Source of the DNA: an uncultured Nitrososphaerota archaeon
GTDB taxonomy: Archaea > Thermoproteota > Nitrososphaeria > Nitrososphaerales > Gagatemarchaeaceae
Assembly (NCBI GenBank): GCA_963703285.1
Contig: OY969807.1
Location: 64,001-128,000, forward strand
DNA length: 64,000 bases
Direction: 5' to 3'
Position numbers and translations under genes: made by a program. Below the pieces are notes generated by a model that saw only the letters and a program-made list of their open reading frames with translations, did not search any database and was not told the origin of the DNA. Below are positions 19,101 through 28,886 of the stretch, one piece after another (within the stretch, counting starts at the first letter, position 1; each line of letters begins with the position of its first letter).

Positions 19101-20643
19101 ATGAAGGCTATCAGCTCCGTCTACGGCTTCATCCTCATCTTCCTGCTCTCGATGGCTTCGATTCAGACCTGGTCGTCCGCCGTGGGGGCGATGGAGGGCA
19201 TCCAGGGGGCCGCTGACGAGGGTCACCAGCAACAGCAACTCCAGGGCCTGGAGCACCTCTCGCTCTCCGTCTCGGGCCAGAACCTCACTATCACCAACGA
19301 CGGACAGATACCCTCGACTCTCGAGTACCTGAGGTACGTTTCAGAGAACAGCTCGCGGACGGTTCCGATCGGGGTGCAGCTCGGAGTCGGAGGTTCGGTC
19401 GTGGAGAGGGTGACGGGCTCGGTCTCGGTCGAGGTGCTGACCTCCTTGGGAAACGTCTTCGTCCTCTCACCCGGTTCTGAGCCTCCCGGCATGGTCTGGT
19501 CGCAACCCTCGGGGGCGGCCGGGGCGGGAAACGACCAGAATCTTCGAACCCTACGAAGGATCCTACTTCTACGTCAGCTCGGGACCGCGGGTCTACGCGT
19601 TCTCCTCATCCGGGGCGTACCTGTGGTCCTTCGATGCCGGCGCAGGCGAGGTCACAGACGTGATGCCAATCTCAGGAGGGTTCGTCTACGTCTCGGTCGC
19701 GTACGGCTCTATCACCGACGTCGGGGCACTCTTCGAGCTGGACTCGGCAGGCCGGGTCCTAGCCTCCTTCACGGTCAGGGTCCTCGCCACGTCTAGCCCC
19801 TCGCTCTATCCGGTTTCGCAGTCAATCTCGATGGGTGAGGACTCGGGATACGTCTACTACGACGGCTGGTTCTACGGCCCCGGCGGCCCGTCGGTCTCCC
19901 TCACGGCCGAGGACCCGCAGCTCGCGTCCACCGACTCCTCGAGCTTCTACGTGTACTCGCCTCTCGGGGGGTCCAGCAACGGAGCCTGCCAGCCGGGCGG
20001 AAATGAGGAGGTCTTGAGCTCCTACCACCCTGGCCCGGGTACCAACGGTACTTCCGCGACCAACTGGACAGCCTACGCGTACGTCGGACCATGCACCCGC
20101 TACGACCCGCAGCTCCTCGGCGCGAGCACGGGCGGCGGACTCCTGGTGGCGCTCTTCGGGGCGCCGTACTTCAGCAACTCTCTCGCCGGGGCGCTGCCCG
20201 GGTACGACCCCTACATCGTGGCCATCTCCCAGTCCGGGGAAGTCAAGTACGACGCACAGGCTCCGACTAACGGCTTTGCGGCGATCGCGACCGACGGGTC
20301 GAACGTCTATCTCTCGTTGCCGGAGCTCGATGAGGTGGACGTGCTCTCGCTGTCCACGAACTCTACGAGCACGTACAACCTAGGGTTCCCGGCGACGGAC
20401 CTGATATGCGACTTCGGCCTGCTCTTCGCGGTATCCCGGAGCCAGGTGAACGTATACGACGGCAGCATGCAGCTGATAAAGTCAATCAGCCTGGAGCCGC
20501 TTTCTCTCTCTTCTTTCTCGAACTCGCTCTCACTAGGCTCCGCGATGCAAGCCCCGTCGTTTGTTGTGCTCAATGACACGAGCTACGCGGCCCTGGCCGT
20601 GAACGCCACCGGGTTCTCCTCCCTCGTCGTGGGGAGTTACTGA
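19101..20643 (+). CDS. Pilin-like signal plus beta-propeller-like surface protein, split by an apparent frameshift near 19500-19545
   Basis: MKAISSVYGFILIFLL (class III-like signal); continues in another frame as IFEPYEGSYFYVSSGPRVYAFSSSGAYLWSFDAG into ORF 19660..20643. Confidence 0.6.
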
Positions 20644-20673
20644 AGCCGTCGGAATCCCATCTCTTAATTAGCC

Positions 20674-22302
20674 TTGGGCGGAACCGAGGCGCCAATCCGG
20701 AGAAACATCAGCCAGTTGTCCCACGCCGAGATCGCCCGCAGGTCCGCCCGTGGTTCCGTCGCCCTGTTCGCGGGGAACTTCACCACGACGGCCATCGCCT
20801 TCGTCGCCATCACCATCATCGCACGGCTGCTGGGCCCGAGCCAGTACGGCGTCTACACCCTCTCCATCCTGATTCCAAACCTCCTCCTCAACGTCCTGGG
20901 ATTCGGCGTCACTTCGGGCATAACCCGCTACGCGGCGTACCACATCTCGCGCGGGAACCCCGACGAGGCGAGGAGGATGACCCTGAACGGCGTGTCCTTC
21001 ATACTGATCTTCGGCGCCGTGCTGGCCGCCGTCTCGTTTGCGAGCGCCGGGTTCCTCGCGGACCTCGTCCTCAAGAGGCCCGAGATCGCGCCGCTCGTCA
21101 GGTTCGCCTCCCTCCTCATCTTCGGTCAGGCCATATTCCAGTCGGGCATCGCCGCGCTACTGGGCTGGAGCCAGATGGGCGACATCAGCATCACGAACGT
21201 CTCCCAGGCGATCCTCCGACTGCTCGTCGCAGTCCCCCTCGTGGTGATCGGCTTCGCGGTCTACGGCGCGCTAGCAGGCTACGTCGTCTCGCTCTGCGTC
21301 GCCGGCATCATCGCGTTGCTCATGGTCTTGAGGAAGATGAAGGGCGCCCGGTTCAGGCCTTTGCAGAGCTTCACCTCAGACGTCCGCACGATGCTGGCGT
21401 ACTCTCGGACGCTCTTCGTCGGCCTCTTCGCCTCGAACATCATGCCACAGTACGTCGTCGTCGTCTTGGCCGCCTTCGCCGCCAACAGCTACGTCGGATT
21501 CTACCAGTCGGCGAACAACTACGTTACAGCGATAACCCTCACCTCCGGCGCGATGACCCAGGCTCTATTCCCAGCGTTCGCCCATCTCGAGGGCACGAAG
21601 GGCGACCTGAAGCTCGCCTTCGCATACGCGGCGAAGTACATGGGCTTCGTGCTCGCCCCGATCATCTTCTTCTTGATGGGTGCCTCGGTCCAGCTGATCC
21701 GAGTGACCTTGGGGTCCTCCTACAGCGTCGCCTCCGGATACCTCTCGCTCCTCGCATTCGCCAACATCTCGATCCTCTTCGGTCAGGGCGTGCTGCCGTC
21801 CTTCTTCAACGGCGTCGGAAGCCCGAGGTACTACATGATGTTCAGCCTCGTGGCAGCGGGCTCCCTCTTTGCGCTCGCCCCCGCCCTCTCCATCGGCCTC
21901 GGGATCGGAGTGCCTGGACTCATCTACTCGATTCTGGCAGCGAACCTAATCGGCGTTAGCGTTGGCCTCTACCTTGGGAGGCGTCATTTCGCCGCGCAGA
22001 TAGACGTGAAGGCGACCCTGTCAATCCTGGCCTCCTCGATTCTTGCGTTCCTCGCAGTGGTCCCGCTCGAGACCTCTCACTTCGACGGCGTCGTCCTGCT
22101 GCTGGCTGAGATAGCCATCTTTGTCGCAGTATACCTCACGGCAGCGCCCATCCTCAGGGCGCTCACGACCCAGGATCTCGAAGTTCTGGAGTCGGCTGTT
22201 GCTGGTCTGGGCAGGTTCAAGTCGCTGGTCCTCCCAATCCTGGGCTACGAGCGCTTTGTGATTCTTCACACTCGTGGAGAGGGCGGGTCTGGTCAGCCCT
22301 AG
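20674..22302 (+). CDS. Oligosaccharide flippase (MOP/Wzx family)
   Basis: IIARLLGPSQYGVYTL, VGFYQSAN, LFPAFA; many TM helices. Confidence 0.88.
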   Translation: MGGTEAPIRRNISQLSHAEIARRSARGSVALFAGNFTTTAIAFVAITIIARLLGPSQYGVYTLSILIPNLLLNVLGFGVTSGITRYAAYHISRGNPDEARRMTLNGVSFILIFGAVLAAVSFASAGFLADLVLKRPEIAPLVRFASLLIFGQAIFQSGIAALLGWSQMGDISITNVSQAILRLLVAVPLVVIGFAVYGALAGYVVSLCVAGIIALLMVLRKMKGARFRPLQSFTSDVRTMLAYSRTLFVGLFASNIMPQYVVVVLAAFAANSYVGFYQSANNYVTAITLTSGAMTQALFPAFAHLEGTKGDLKLAFAYAAKYMGFVLAPIIFFLMGASVQLIRVTLGSSYSVASGYLSLLAFANISILFGQGVLPSFFNGVGSPRYYMMFSLVAAGSLFALAPALSIGLGIGVPGLIYSILAANLIGVSVGLYLGRRHFAAQIDVKATLSILASSILAFLAVVPLETSHFDGVVLLLAEIAIFVAVYLTAAPILRALTTQDLEVLESAVAGLGRFKSLVLPILGYERFVILHTRGEGGSGQP

Positions 22303-22344
22303 CCAATGCAAGGCTTTTATCGAAGTGGCTGGCCCCGTTTTTCA

Positions 22345-23163
22345 ATGAACCGGGCGAGGATGGTCCTTCCGGCACTTGCCCTTGCGGCTCTGCTGCTGGG
22401 CGCCGTCGGGACGGTGAGCGCTGCGAGTCCGGGTTACGCGGTCTACGGGGTCCAGGTGTCTTACATGGGGACTTCGCACAGCGTAACGGTGAACGAGTCA
22501 CTCTCCGCGACCACCAGCGCGAGCTACGACAAGCTCATCCTCTCCGTCGTCTCGGGCAACTCCACGTACAGCTACTCCACGCAGATAAACTCGTCACTGG
22601 ACGTATCCCCCTTCGTGCCCTCCATCTCCAACCAGAGCTTCACCTACACGTCCAACTCGACGACCGTTTCTGTATCAGTCATGAAGAACGGGTCGACACC
22701 GGTCCAATTCCACGGGTCTAGCTACTCCCTGACGAGCTACGCGGTGAAGGCGGCAGCCACCTCCAACGGGACCACCGAGACGGTCGACGCGGGACTCTTG
22801 ACCTTCCCATCTGGTTTGATTTACTCTGTAAAGGCCAGCATCCCTGTCCCCAACATCGATAGTCTGGGGAACCTCACCGTGCCCGGCCTGACAACGGGCG
22901 CTGGGCTCGGCTCGCTGGGCCTTGGTCCGGACACCGCCGTCTCGTCGATTGCGACCACCTCCGGAACGGCGACGCTGAGCGTCACACTTCTATCCACATC
23001 GCTGCAACTATCGGGTCCCGCTTCATCCGCGACCGAGCAGGTCGCGTCGATTGGTATCGGCGCCGGCGCTGTGGCGGGGGTACTCGCGCTCGGGCTGAGC
23101 GTCCACAACAGGCGCAGGCACAAGCCGGAAGCAGCTCCGAAGCCCGAGTACGCTGTGGACTGA
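22345..23163 (+). CDS. Exported Ser/Thr-rich protein with C-terminal membrane anchor
   Basis: Signal peptide, C-terminal TM followed by basic RRRHK. Confidence 0.65.
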   Translation: MNRARMVLPALALAALLLGAVGTVSAASPGYAVYGVQVSYMGTSHSVTVNESLSATTSASYDKLILSVVSGNSTYSYSTQINSSLDVSPFVPSISNQSFTYTSNSTTVSVSVMKNGSTPVQFHGSSYSLTSYAVKAAATSNGTTETVDAGLLTFPSGLIYSVKASIPVPNIDSLGNLTVPGLTTGAGLGSLGLGPDTAVSSIATTSGTATLSVTLLSTSLQLSGPASSATEQVASIGIGAGAVAGVLALGLSVHNRRRHKPEAAPKPEYAVD

Positions 23164-23195
23164 CACCCGACCCTTCGTTCCAGATGGGACAATAG

Positions 23196-24128
23196 TTGGA
23201 CGATGTTCTAAGATTCGAAGAAGCGGTCAAGGATTACGGCTCGAAGAAGATTGGTCCCATCAGCCTCTCGGTGAAGCGGGGAGAGGTTCTCGGGCTGCTG
23301 GGCCCGAACGGCGCGGGGAAGTCGACCTCGATCAGGCTCGCGCTGGGGCTCTCGCGCCCGTCTTCGGGCAGGGTGTTCACAATGGGACTGAACCCGATCC
23401 GGGACCACGTCGGGGCGCTCCGCAATGTCGGATACTCCCCAGAACTGCCGAACCTTCAGACCTTTCTTACTCCGGGCGAGCTGCTGGAGCTCATCGGCAG
23501 AGAGCTCGGGCTGAGCTCCTCAGCGTCGGGGGCGCAGATACCCGTCGTCCTGGAGTCGGTGGGTCTCCTCGAGTACCGTGACCAGCGAATAGGACGGCTG
23601 TCAAAGGGGATGGTCCAGAGGCTTAGCGTCGCGCAGGCGCTGCTCGGCACTCCTTCTCTCCTGATACTCGACGAGCCCATGATAGGGATAGACCCGGCGG
23701 GGGTCGTCCACTTCCGGTCCCTCTTCAGGCAGTTCGTGGCCAACGGGGGGACTATTGTCATGTCCTCCCACGTGATGCCCGAGGTTGAGAACCTCTGCAC
23801 CAGCGTGGCGATAGTCCACTCCGGGAGGCTGGTCTTCAGGGGGGAAATCTCGGACTTCATAACGAGCTCGCTCGACACGCGGCTGGTACTGGTCGAGGTG
23901 CAATCTCCCTCGGCGGAGCTTGTCGAGAGGCTGAAGAAGATACCCGGGGTCGTGAGCGTCGCGGCCGCCGGCACCGAGGTGACCATCAAGACCGAGAAGG
24001 GCGCCGACCCCAGGGGCGAGATCTCCAGCGCGGTCGTGGAGATGAACGCGGGGCTGCTCGCCATGGGATACTCTAGGAGCGAGATAGACGAAGCCTACCT
24101 CGCCGCCATAAGGGGGTCAAGCGCGTGA
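23196..24128 (+). CDS. ABC transporter ATP-binding protein
   Basis: GPNGAGKST, LSKGMVQR, LILDEP, SSH. Confidence 0.93.
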   Translation: MDDVLRFEEAVKDYGSKKIGPISLSVKRGEVLGLLGPNGAGKSTSIRLALGLSRPSSGRVFTMGLNPIRDHVGALRNVGYSPELPNLQTFLTPGELLELIGRELGLSSSASGAQIPVVLESVGLLEYRDQRIGRLSKGMVQRLSVAQALLGTPSLLILDEPMIGIDPAGVVHFRSLFRQFVANGGTIVMSSHVMPEVENLCTSVAIVHSGRLVFRGEISDFITSSLDTRLVLVEVQSPSAELVERLKKIPGVVSVAAAGTEVTIKTEKGADPRGEISSAVVEMNAGLLAMGYSRSEIDEAYLAAIRGSSA

Positions 24129-25006
24129 ACGCCGCGCGAGTCTGGGCGTTCGCCCGCTACGAGATCAGGAGGGCCACGGCCCGAAAGAAGGTCCTCGTGC
24201 TCGTCATCATGACCATCCTCGTGAGCACAGTCCCGGTGGTCCTTATCAGGTCCGTCGGGCTTTCGTTGGCGAGTTCGGCACAGGGTCCCGCCGGAGGTTC
24301 TCTCCTCACACCTCAAGACTATCCTTACATGTGGGTCTTGGGGATATTCCTCGTGCAGGGCTTCTTCCTCCCCTTCACCGCCCTGCTCATCGCCGCCGGG
24401 TCTATGTCCGAGGAGTACGAGCAGGGGACGGCCGAGGTCCTCCTCTCCAAGCCCGTGACGAGGGACGACTACTTCGCAGGCAAGTTCCTCGGTGGCTTCA
24501 TCCTCATCACGGCGGTGATTCTTCTGGGCGCAACCCTGAGCGTGACAGCATCGACCTTCACCTTCGGGGTTCAGGAAGCTCTTAACATCGTTCCGCCCGT
24601 CGTGCTCTCCCAGGTGTATTCTGCCCTGGTCTTCTTCACGGTGGCGTTCATGTCGGGTGAGCTTCTCAGGCGGTCCTCGCTCTCCTACATCACCGCCTCC
24701 GCGGTGTACTTCGTCAGCGAGGTAGCGGGCATAATCCTGAGGATCATCTACACCCTCACGGGCGACTCATTCTACCAACAGATCAACGTCTACCTCCCCA
24801 CCACCCCCGTCACCTCCCTGCCACTTCAGATCGGACTTCCAGGACTTCCTGCCGGAGCGAAGTCCATCCTCTCGATTATAGGGACCGGGCCCGCCGAGAC
24901 TTCCGTTGCGCTCTCGATTGGGCTGATAGCGGCCTACGCGATCGTCGCCACGGCGATAGCGCGCACCTACTTCAACTGGGTCGACGTCGCCAAGCGCGTC
25001 TCCTGA
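24125..25006 (+). CDS. ABC-2 type permease
   Basis: SMSEEYEQGTAEVLLSKPVTRDDYFAGKFLG; multiple TM helices. Confidence 0.88.
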   Translation: MNAARVWAFARYEIRRATARKKVLVLVIMTILVSTVPVVLIRSVGLSLASSAQGPAGGSLLTPQDYPYMWVLGIFLVQGFFLPFTALLIAAGSMSEEYEQGTAEVLLSKPVTRDDYFAGKFLGGFILITAVILLGATLSVTASTFTFGVQEALNIVPPVVLSQVYSALVFFTVAFMSGELLRRSSLSYITASAVYFVSEVAGIILRIIYTLTGDSFYQQINVYLPTTPVTSLPLQIGLPGLPAGAKSILSIIGTGPAETSVALSIGLIAAYAIVATAIARTYFNWVDVAKRVS

Positions 25007-25072
25007 CACCGAACCTGATTAATAACGTCAGGAGACCATGCTGGCCGAGAACGCGTTGGCCACGAGGATCCC

Positions 25073-25807
25073 TTGCCTCCACTTCCGCGAAGCAGTTGGG
25101 ACCAAACCGTGACGATCCTCGCCATCGTGGTCACCAGGGAGGACCCGTCCGGAGCTCTGAGCAGCCTGGAAGCGCAGACCGTGAAGGCCGACAGGGTCGT
25201 CGTCTCCGACCACCGCTTCAGCGATGGCAAGACGGGGACCCGCGTCGCTAGGTCGATGAACATGACCCTGGCCGAAGTGCCCTGGCGAGGCTACGACTAC
25301 ATCCTGCGGTTGGATGGCGACTCGAAGATACCTCCCGACTTCATCGAGAAGGCTCTACGCGAGAACGCAGACATGGTCGGGTCGGGAGGGTCAGGGCTGC
25401 TGCTGAAACGAGGGGTTCTCGAGGCGATGGGGGGGCGCTGGCCCGTGCTGGACCCGGAGGACTCCTACTTCATCTGGAAGGCGCGACAGCTGGGCTTCAG
25501 CCACAGGCAACCCAGCGTGAGGGGGACGGGACGGCCCTTCGGGAGCGAGTACAACCTCTCTCGGTTCCTCAGCTGGGGGTTCAACGCCTACTGGTTGGGA
25601 TACGAACCGGTCTACTTCCTGAGGATGGTCTTATTGAGCGCCAGGGCTGCGAAGAGGCCCGGTTTCGTCTTGGCCATTCCCGTGTACCTCGACTGTTTGC
25701 TGATAAGGAAGCGGCGCCTCGACGTCGCGGACTTCGTGACGAGAACCCAAGTCAGGCTCATCTCTCGTGGGCTGAGCGGTTCGCGCCCTAGGCGCGTTTC
25801 TAACTAA
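25073..25807 (+). CDS. Glycosyltransferase family 2-like protein
   Basis: LSSLEAQT...VVVSD...YDYILRLDGDS (DxD)...PEDS; start uncertain. Confidence 0.65.
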   Translation: MPPLPRSSWDQTVTILAIVVTREDPSGALSSLEAQTVKADRVVVSDHRFSDGKTGTRVARSMNMTLAEVPWRGYDYILRLDGDSKIPPDFIEKALRENADMVGSGGSGLLLKRGVLEAMGGRWPVLDPEDSYFIWKARQLGFSHRQPSVRGTGRPFGSEYNLSRFLSWGFNAYWLGYEPVYFLRMVLLSARAAKRPGFVLAIPVYLDCLLIRKRRLDVADFVTRTQVRLISRGLSGSRPRRVSN

Positions 25808-25866
25808 AGCGGAACACCATATCAGGTCCATCGTATGAGGGGATGGTCCACAACGGGGACCCCGGG

Positions 25867-26661
25867 CTACCATCCGCCTATCATCGGCGGGTAGACGCGC
25901 TTGTGCGCGGAGCTCCGGTGGCGTCTGACCACCTCTTCGATGATTTTCAGGTCCACACCGGTCTTCTTCGAGACCTCGGGGGGTGGGAGCTTCTCGTCGA
26001 AGAGGCATATCAGAACCGGATCCAGACGGTCATAGTCGAGCGGGATCTCGTCGACTGCCCTGTGTCCGGGCCAGAGCTGAGGGGAGGAGGGCTTCTGCAC
26101 GACTCGCTCTGGCAGGCCGAGGTACGCGCCCAGCCGCCTGACCTGCGTCTTGTAGAGGTGAGCTATAGGAAGGAAGTCTACGCCGCCATCCCCAAATTTC
26201 GAGAAGAACCCGATCTCGTCTTCGGACTTGTCGCCCGTGCCCGCGACGAGCATTCCTTTGGTATTGGCAAAATAGTAATTGATAATCATCCTGATTCTCG
26301 CTTTGACGTTGGCGTAGGCGATCTTCGTCTCTCCCTCTCTGGGTAGAGTCTTCTCGAATGCCGAGAAGATCGGGTCGATTCCCATCTCATAGGTCTTGAT
26401 TCCCCACCCCTTGGCAAGCGACCTCGCGTCCTCCGTATCCTCCTTCGGGGTGTGGGATGCAGGCATCAGTATCCCGATGACCTTGTCCTTGCCAAGCGCC
26501 CTGACAAGAAGTGCACCCACGACCGCGCTGTCGATGCCCCCACTGAGTCCGATGACGGCCCCATCCCTCCCGGAGTCCGAAACAACCTTTCTGATGAAAC
26601 GCAGAATCTCCTTCTCCGCCTTTGCGCAGTCCAACGACGAAGCCTTGGAATTGATCTGCAC
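25867..26661 (-). CDS. nadE: NH3-dependent NAD+ synthetase
   Basis: GLSGGIDSAV, ANVKARIRM, GTGDKSE, KFGDGGVD, LYKTQV, KPSSPQLW, SAHKR. Confidence 0.96.
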   Translation of the reverse strand: MQINSKASSLDCAKAEKEILRFIRKVVSDSGRDGAVIGLSGGIDSAVVGALLVRALGKDKVIGILMPASHTPKEDTEDARSLAKGWGIKTYEMGIDPIFSAFEKTLPREGETKIAYANVKARIRMIINYYFANTKGMLVAGTGDKSEDEIGFFSKFGDGGVDFLPIAHLYKTQVRRLGAYLGLPERVVQKPSSPQLWPGHRAVDEIPLDYDRLDPVLICLFDEKLPPPEVSKKTGVDLKIIEEVVRRHRSSAHKRVYPPMIGGW

Positions 26662-26912
26662 TCTACCAAGAAGCGACTCCTACGGATTAAAAGTGTTGGG
26701 TGGCGGGCTCTGGCGCCTATGTGAATGGGAATATCGGTCAGCCATTGACCGTCTCAGGAATTTGGGGTACTCCGTTGACGTTGCGCCGTCGAACCTAACG
26801 AAATTCGACGGAGCCGTGTCCGCACCCCTGATTCGCTTGGTGAGTGGCTTGGGCACTACGGAGGGGATATTTGAGCACAACACTATTATAGCCCAGTTCG
26901 CTGGTTCGATCT

Positions 26913-27323
26913 GTGTTCGTAAGAGCCAAGAGGGTCGGGCGGAGGCGATACCTCTACCTGGTCGAAGGGAGAAGGGACAACGGAAAGGTCAGGCAGGTCA
27001 CGCTCTGCTACCTCGGCCCCCTGTCGGAATTGGCCTCTGGCGTGCCAGAGGCCCTCAGGAGAGGGATTGACGTCCGTCTCCGCGTCGACTGGCAGAGGGT
27101 GAACGACGAGATTGGTCAGATCCCTCTGACGTTCGAGGAACTCTCAGAGGCGAGGAGGGCACAGTTCGCCCTTTCCGCCAGGGCGAGGACCCAGCGAGGG
27201 CGTCCCACCCAGGGCGACTTGCCGAGAAAGGAGGGGGAACTCTCCGCGCTTTCGAAGCTGGCAGCATTGAGATTCGAAGAGCTCTTCGAGGAAACCGGAG
27301 CGCTCACCTTTCGGATGAGGTGA
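26913..27323 (+). CDS. Small basic protein with IS1634-transposase-like N-terminal domain; putative antitoxin/regulator
   Basis: MFVRAKRVGRRRYLYLVEGRRDNGKVRQVTLCYLG; no DDE domain follows; overlaps the next gene. Confidence 0.55.
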   Translation: MFVRAKRVGRRRYLYLVEGRRDNGKVRQVTLCYLGPLSELASGVPEALRRGIDVRLRVDWQRVNDEIGQIPLTFEELSEARRAQFALSARARTQRGRPTQGDLPRKEGELSALSKLAALRFEELFEETGALTFRMR

Positions 27324-27928
27324 GGAAGATGATTCCGAGCAGAAGAACCCCAGCCGGGCCACGCAAGGGGCCCCGGCGCACACCACCGCGAATCATCCTA
27401 GCGCAGCTCAGGAAGGAGCCGAACGAGCTGAAGAAAAAGATGCTCCTCCTCGGATTCATCTCTGATGAACTATCGAGAAAGGATGGTTTCCTCTTCCTCG
27501 TCGGGGGGCAGGCGGTCGAGACCTACACCGCCGGTCAGTTCACGACCGGAGATGTCGACATCACCACCACTGACCAGGAGGCGACGGAGAACTTGCTGAG
27601 CCGATTGGCCTTCAAGAGAGAGGGGATGGTCTGGCTGAACGAGAAACTGGCCATCGCAATCCACATCGTCGGCTCTTATCCAACGAGGACTGAGAAGGTT
27701 CGCACCCTGGAGGTCGGAGGGTACTTGGTCAGGATAGTTGGGATTGAGGAGTTGATAATAGACAGGCTGAAAGCAGCGAAGTTCTGGAAGAGCAGACGAG
27801 ACTCCGAGCAGGCCGTTGTCCTCTTCGACGGTTTCAGGGAGCGCATTGACCGTGAATATCTCAGGAAGAGAGCCAGAGAGGAGAAGGTCGATGACATCCT
27901 TCCCGAAGTTGGGCGGATGAACGGTTAG
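27320..27928 (+). CDS. Nucleotidyltransferase (AbiEii/DUF6036-like), putative toxin
   Basis: LVGGQAVETY...TTGDVDI...EELIIDRL...IDREYL. Confidence 0.7.
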   Translation: MRKMIPSRRTPAGPRKGPRRTPPRIILAQLRKEPNELKKKMLLLGFISDELSRKDGFLFLVGGQAVETYTAGQFTTGDVDITTTDQEATENLLSRLAFKREGMVWLNEKLAIAIHIVGSYPTRTEKVRTLEVGGYLVRIVGIEELIIDRLKAAKFWKSRRDSEQAVVLFDGFRERIDREYLRKRAREEKVDDILPEVGRMNG

Positions 27929-28071
27929 CAGGTAACTCGGGACAGAGCCTCGATGCGGTTATCTCGAGCACGATGTTTGGCCAGAAGTAGAGCAAGAGAC
28001 CTCAAAATCAATAAAGACTCTCACTGGGAGAAGCCGGAGTCGACGGCGATGCTTTGACCGGGCCCAAAGGG

Positions 28072-28152
28072 ATGAAGATTTTGTCGATCCTGTGGGCCCC
28101 ATTCGGGTTTCGCGTGTTGCTTAAATCTTCGTTCCACCTGTCAAACAGTTGA
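28072..28152 (+). pseudogene. Orphaned 5' copy of the glycosyltransferase gene (14 homologous codons, then unrelated sequence)
   Basis: MKILSILWAPFGFR matches MKTIVLVWGPFGFR at 28887-28929; its TGA (28150-28152) overlaps the endonuclease TTG start. Confidence 0.72.
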
Positions 28153-28886
28153 GAAGAGGATCGCACCATTCCGTCGAGGCCAAGCGGAAGGTGTCGGAGG
28201 CTAGAAGAGGAAATCATCCAAAGACAGAGTTCAAGAAGGGTAACACCCTGTGGGTAGGAAGGCATCACTCTGAGGAGTCGAGACAGAGGATTTCTCGGGC
28301 GCTCATCGGTAGGACAGAGTCCGTTGAAACTCGAGCCCGAAAATCTAGGGCACACATGGGAAAGATCCCTTGGAACAAGGGTCTGACAAAAGAGACGACG
28401 CCAAGCTTGGCAAGGATCGGGGAGAAGAAAAGATCGTGGTGGACCGATGATAGGAAGAAACAACTAGCTGAGCGTAACCACTGGTTCTTCAGAGAATGGT
28501 GGAGAAAACATCCCGAACACGCGGAAACAATGGCGAGGGTCGCCAGGCCAACAACAATCGAGATGCTCGCGAGAGAGTCTCTGACGAAGAGAGGGGTGAA
28601 GTTCTCAGTCTGCAAGAGGGTCGAAGAGATTTGTTTTCCCGATCTCTTCCTTCCTGATGAAAAAATCGCGATATTCTGCAACGGTTGTTACTGGCACGCT
28701 TGTCCGAAGCACTGTCCAAGCGTGCCAGACTGGCTTCGAAAGAAGATTAAGGACCGACAAATCTATGAAGAGCTCGGAAGACGTGGTTGGAAGGTGCTAG
28801 CCATCTGGGAACATGAGTTCAAGCTTAATCACGATGTAGCTGGAGAGAGACTTGAACAGATGCTCCATGACGCGAGAGGTGAGTGA
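28149..28886 (+). CDS. Free-standing homing-endonuclease-like protein: NUMOD3-type repeats plus Vsr/EDxHD nuclease domain
   Basis: HHSVEAKRKVSEARRG, HHSEESRQRISRALIG, ESVETRARKSRAHMG, PWNKGLTKE; then TTIE...PDLFL...AIFCNGCYWH...KD...GWKVLAIWEHE. Confidence 0.85.
   Translation: MRRGSHHSVEAKRKVSEARRGNHPKTEFKKGNTLWVGRHHSEESRQRISRALIGRTESVETRARKSRAHMGKIPWNKGLTKETTPSLARIGEKKRSWWTDDRKKQLAERNHWFFREWWRKHPEHAETMARVARPTTIEMLARESLTKRGVKFSVCKRVEEICFPDLFLPDEKIAIFCNGCYWHACPKHCPSVPDWLRKKIKDRQIYEELGRRGWKVLAIWEHEFKLNHDVAGERLEQMLHDARGE

Noticed and set aside
26806-26811. Right arm of the hairpin CCGTCGAA-N10-TTCGACGG (about 26786-26811) as an ncRNA or element end
   Set aside because: A single 8-bp stem with no other support; could be chance.
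26913-27323. Complete IS1634 element
   Set aside because: No DDE domain and no terminal inverted repeats or target duplication were seen.
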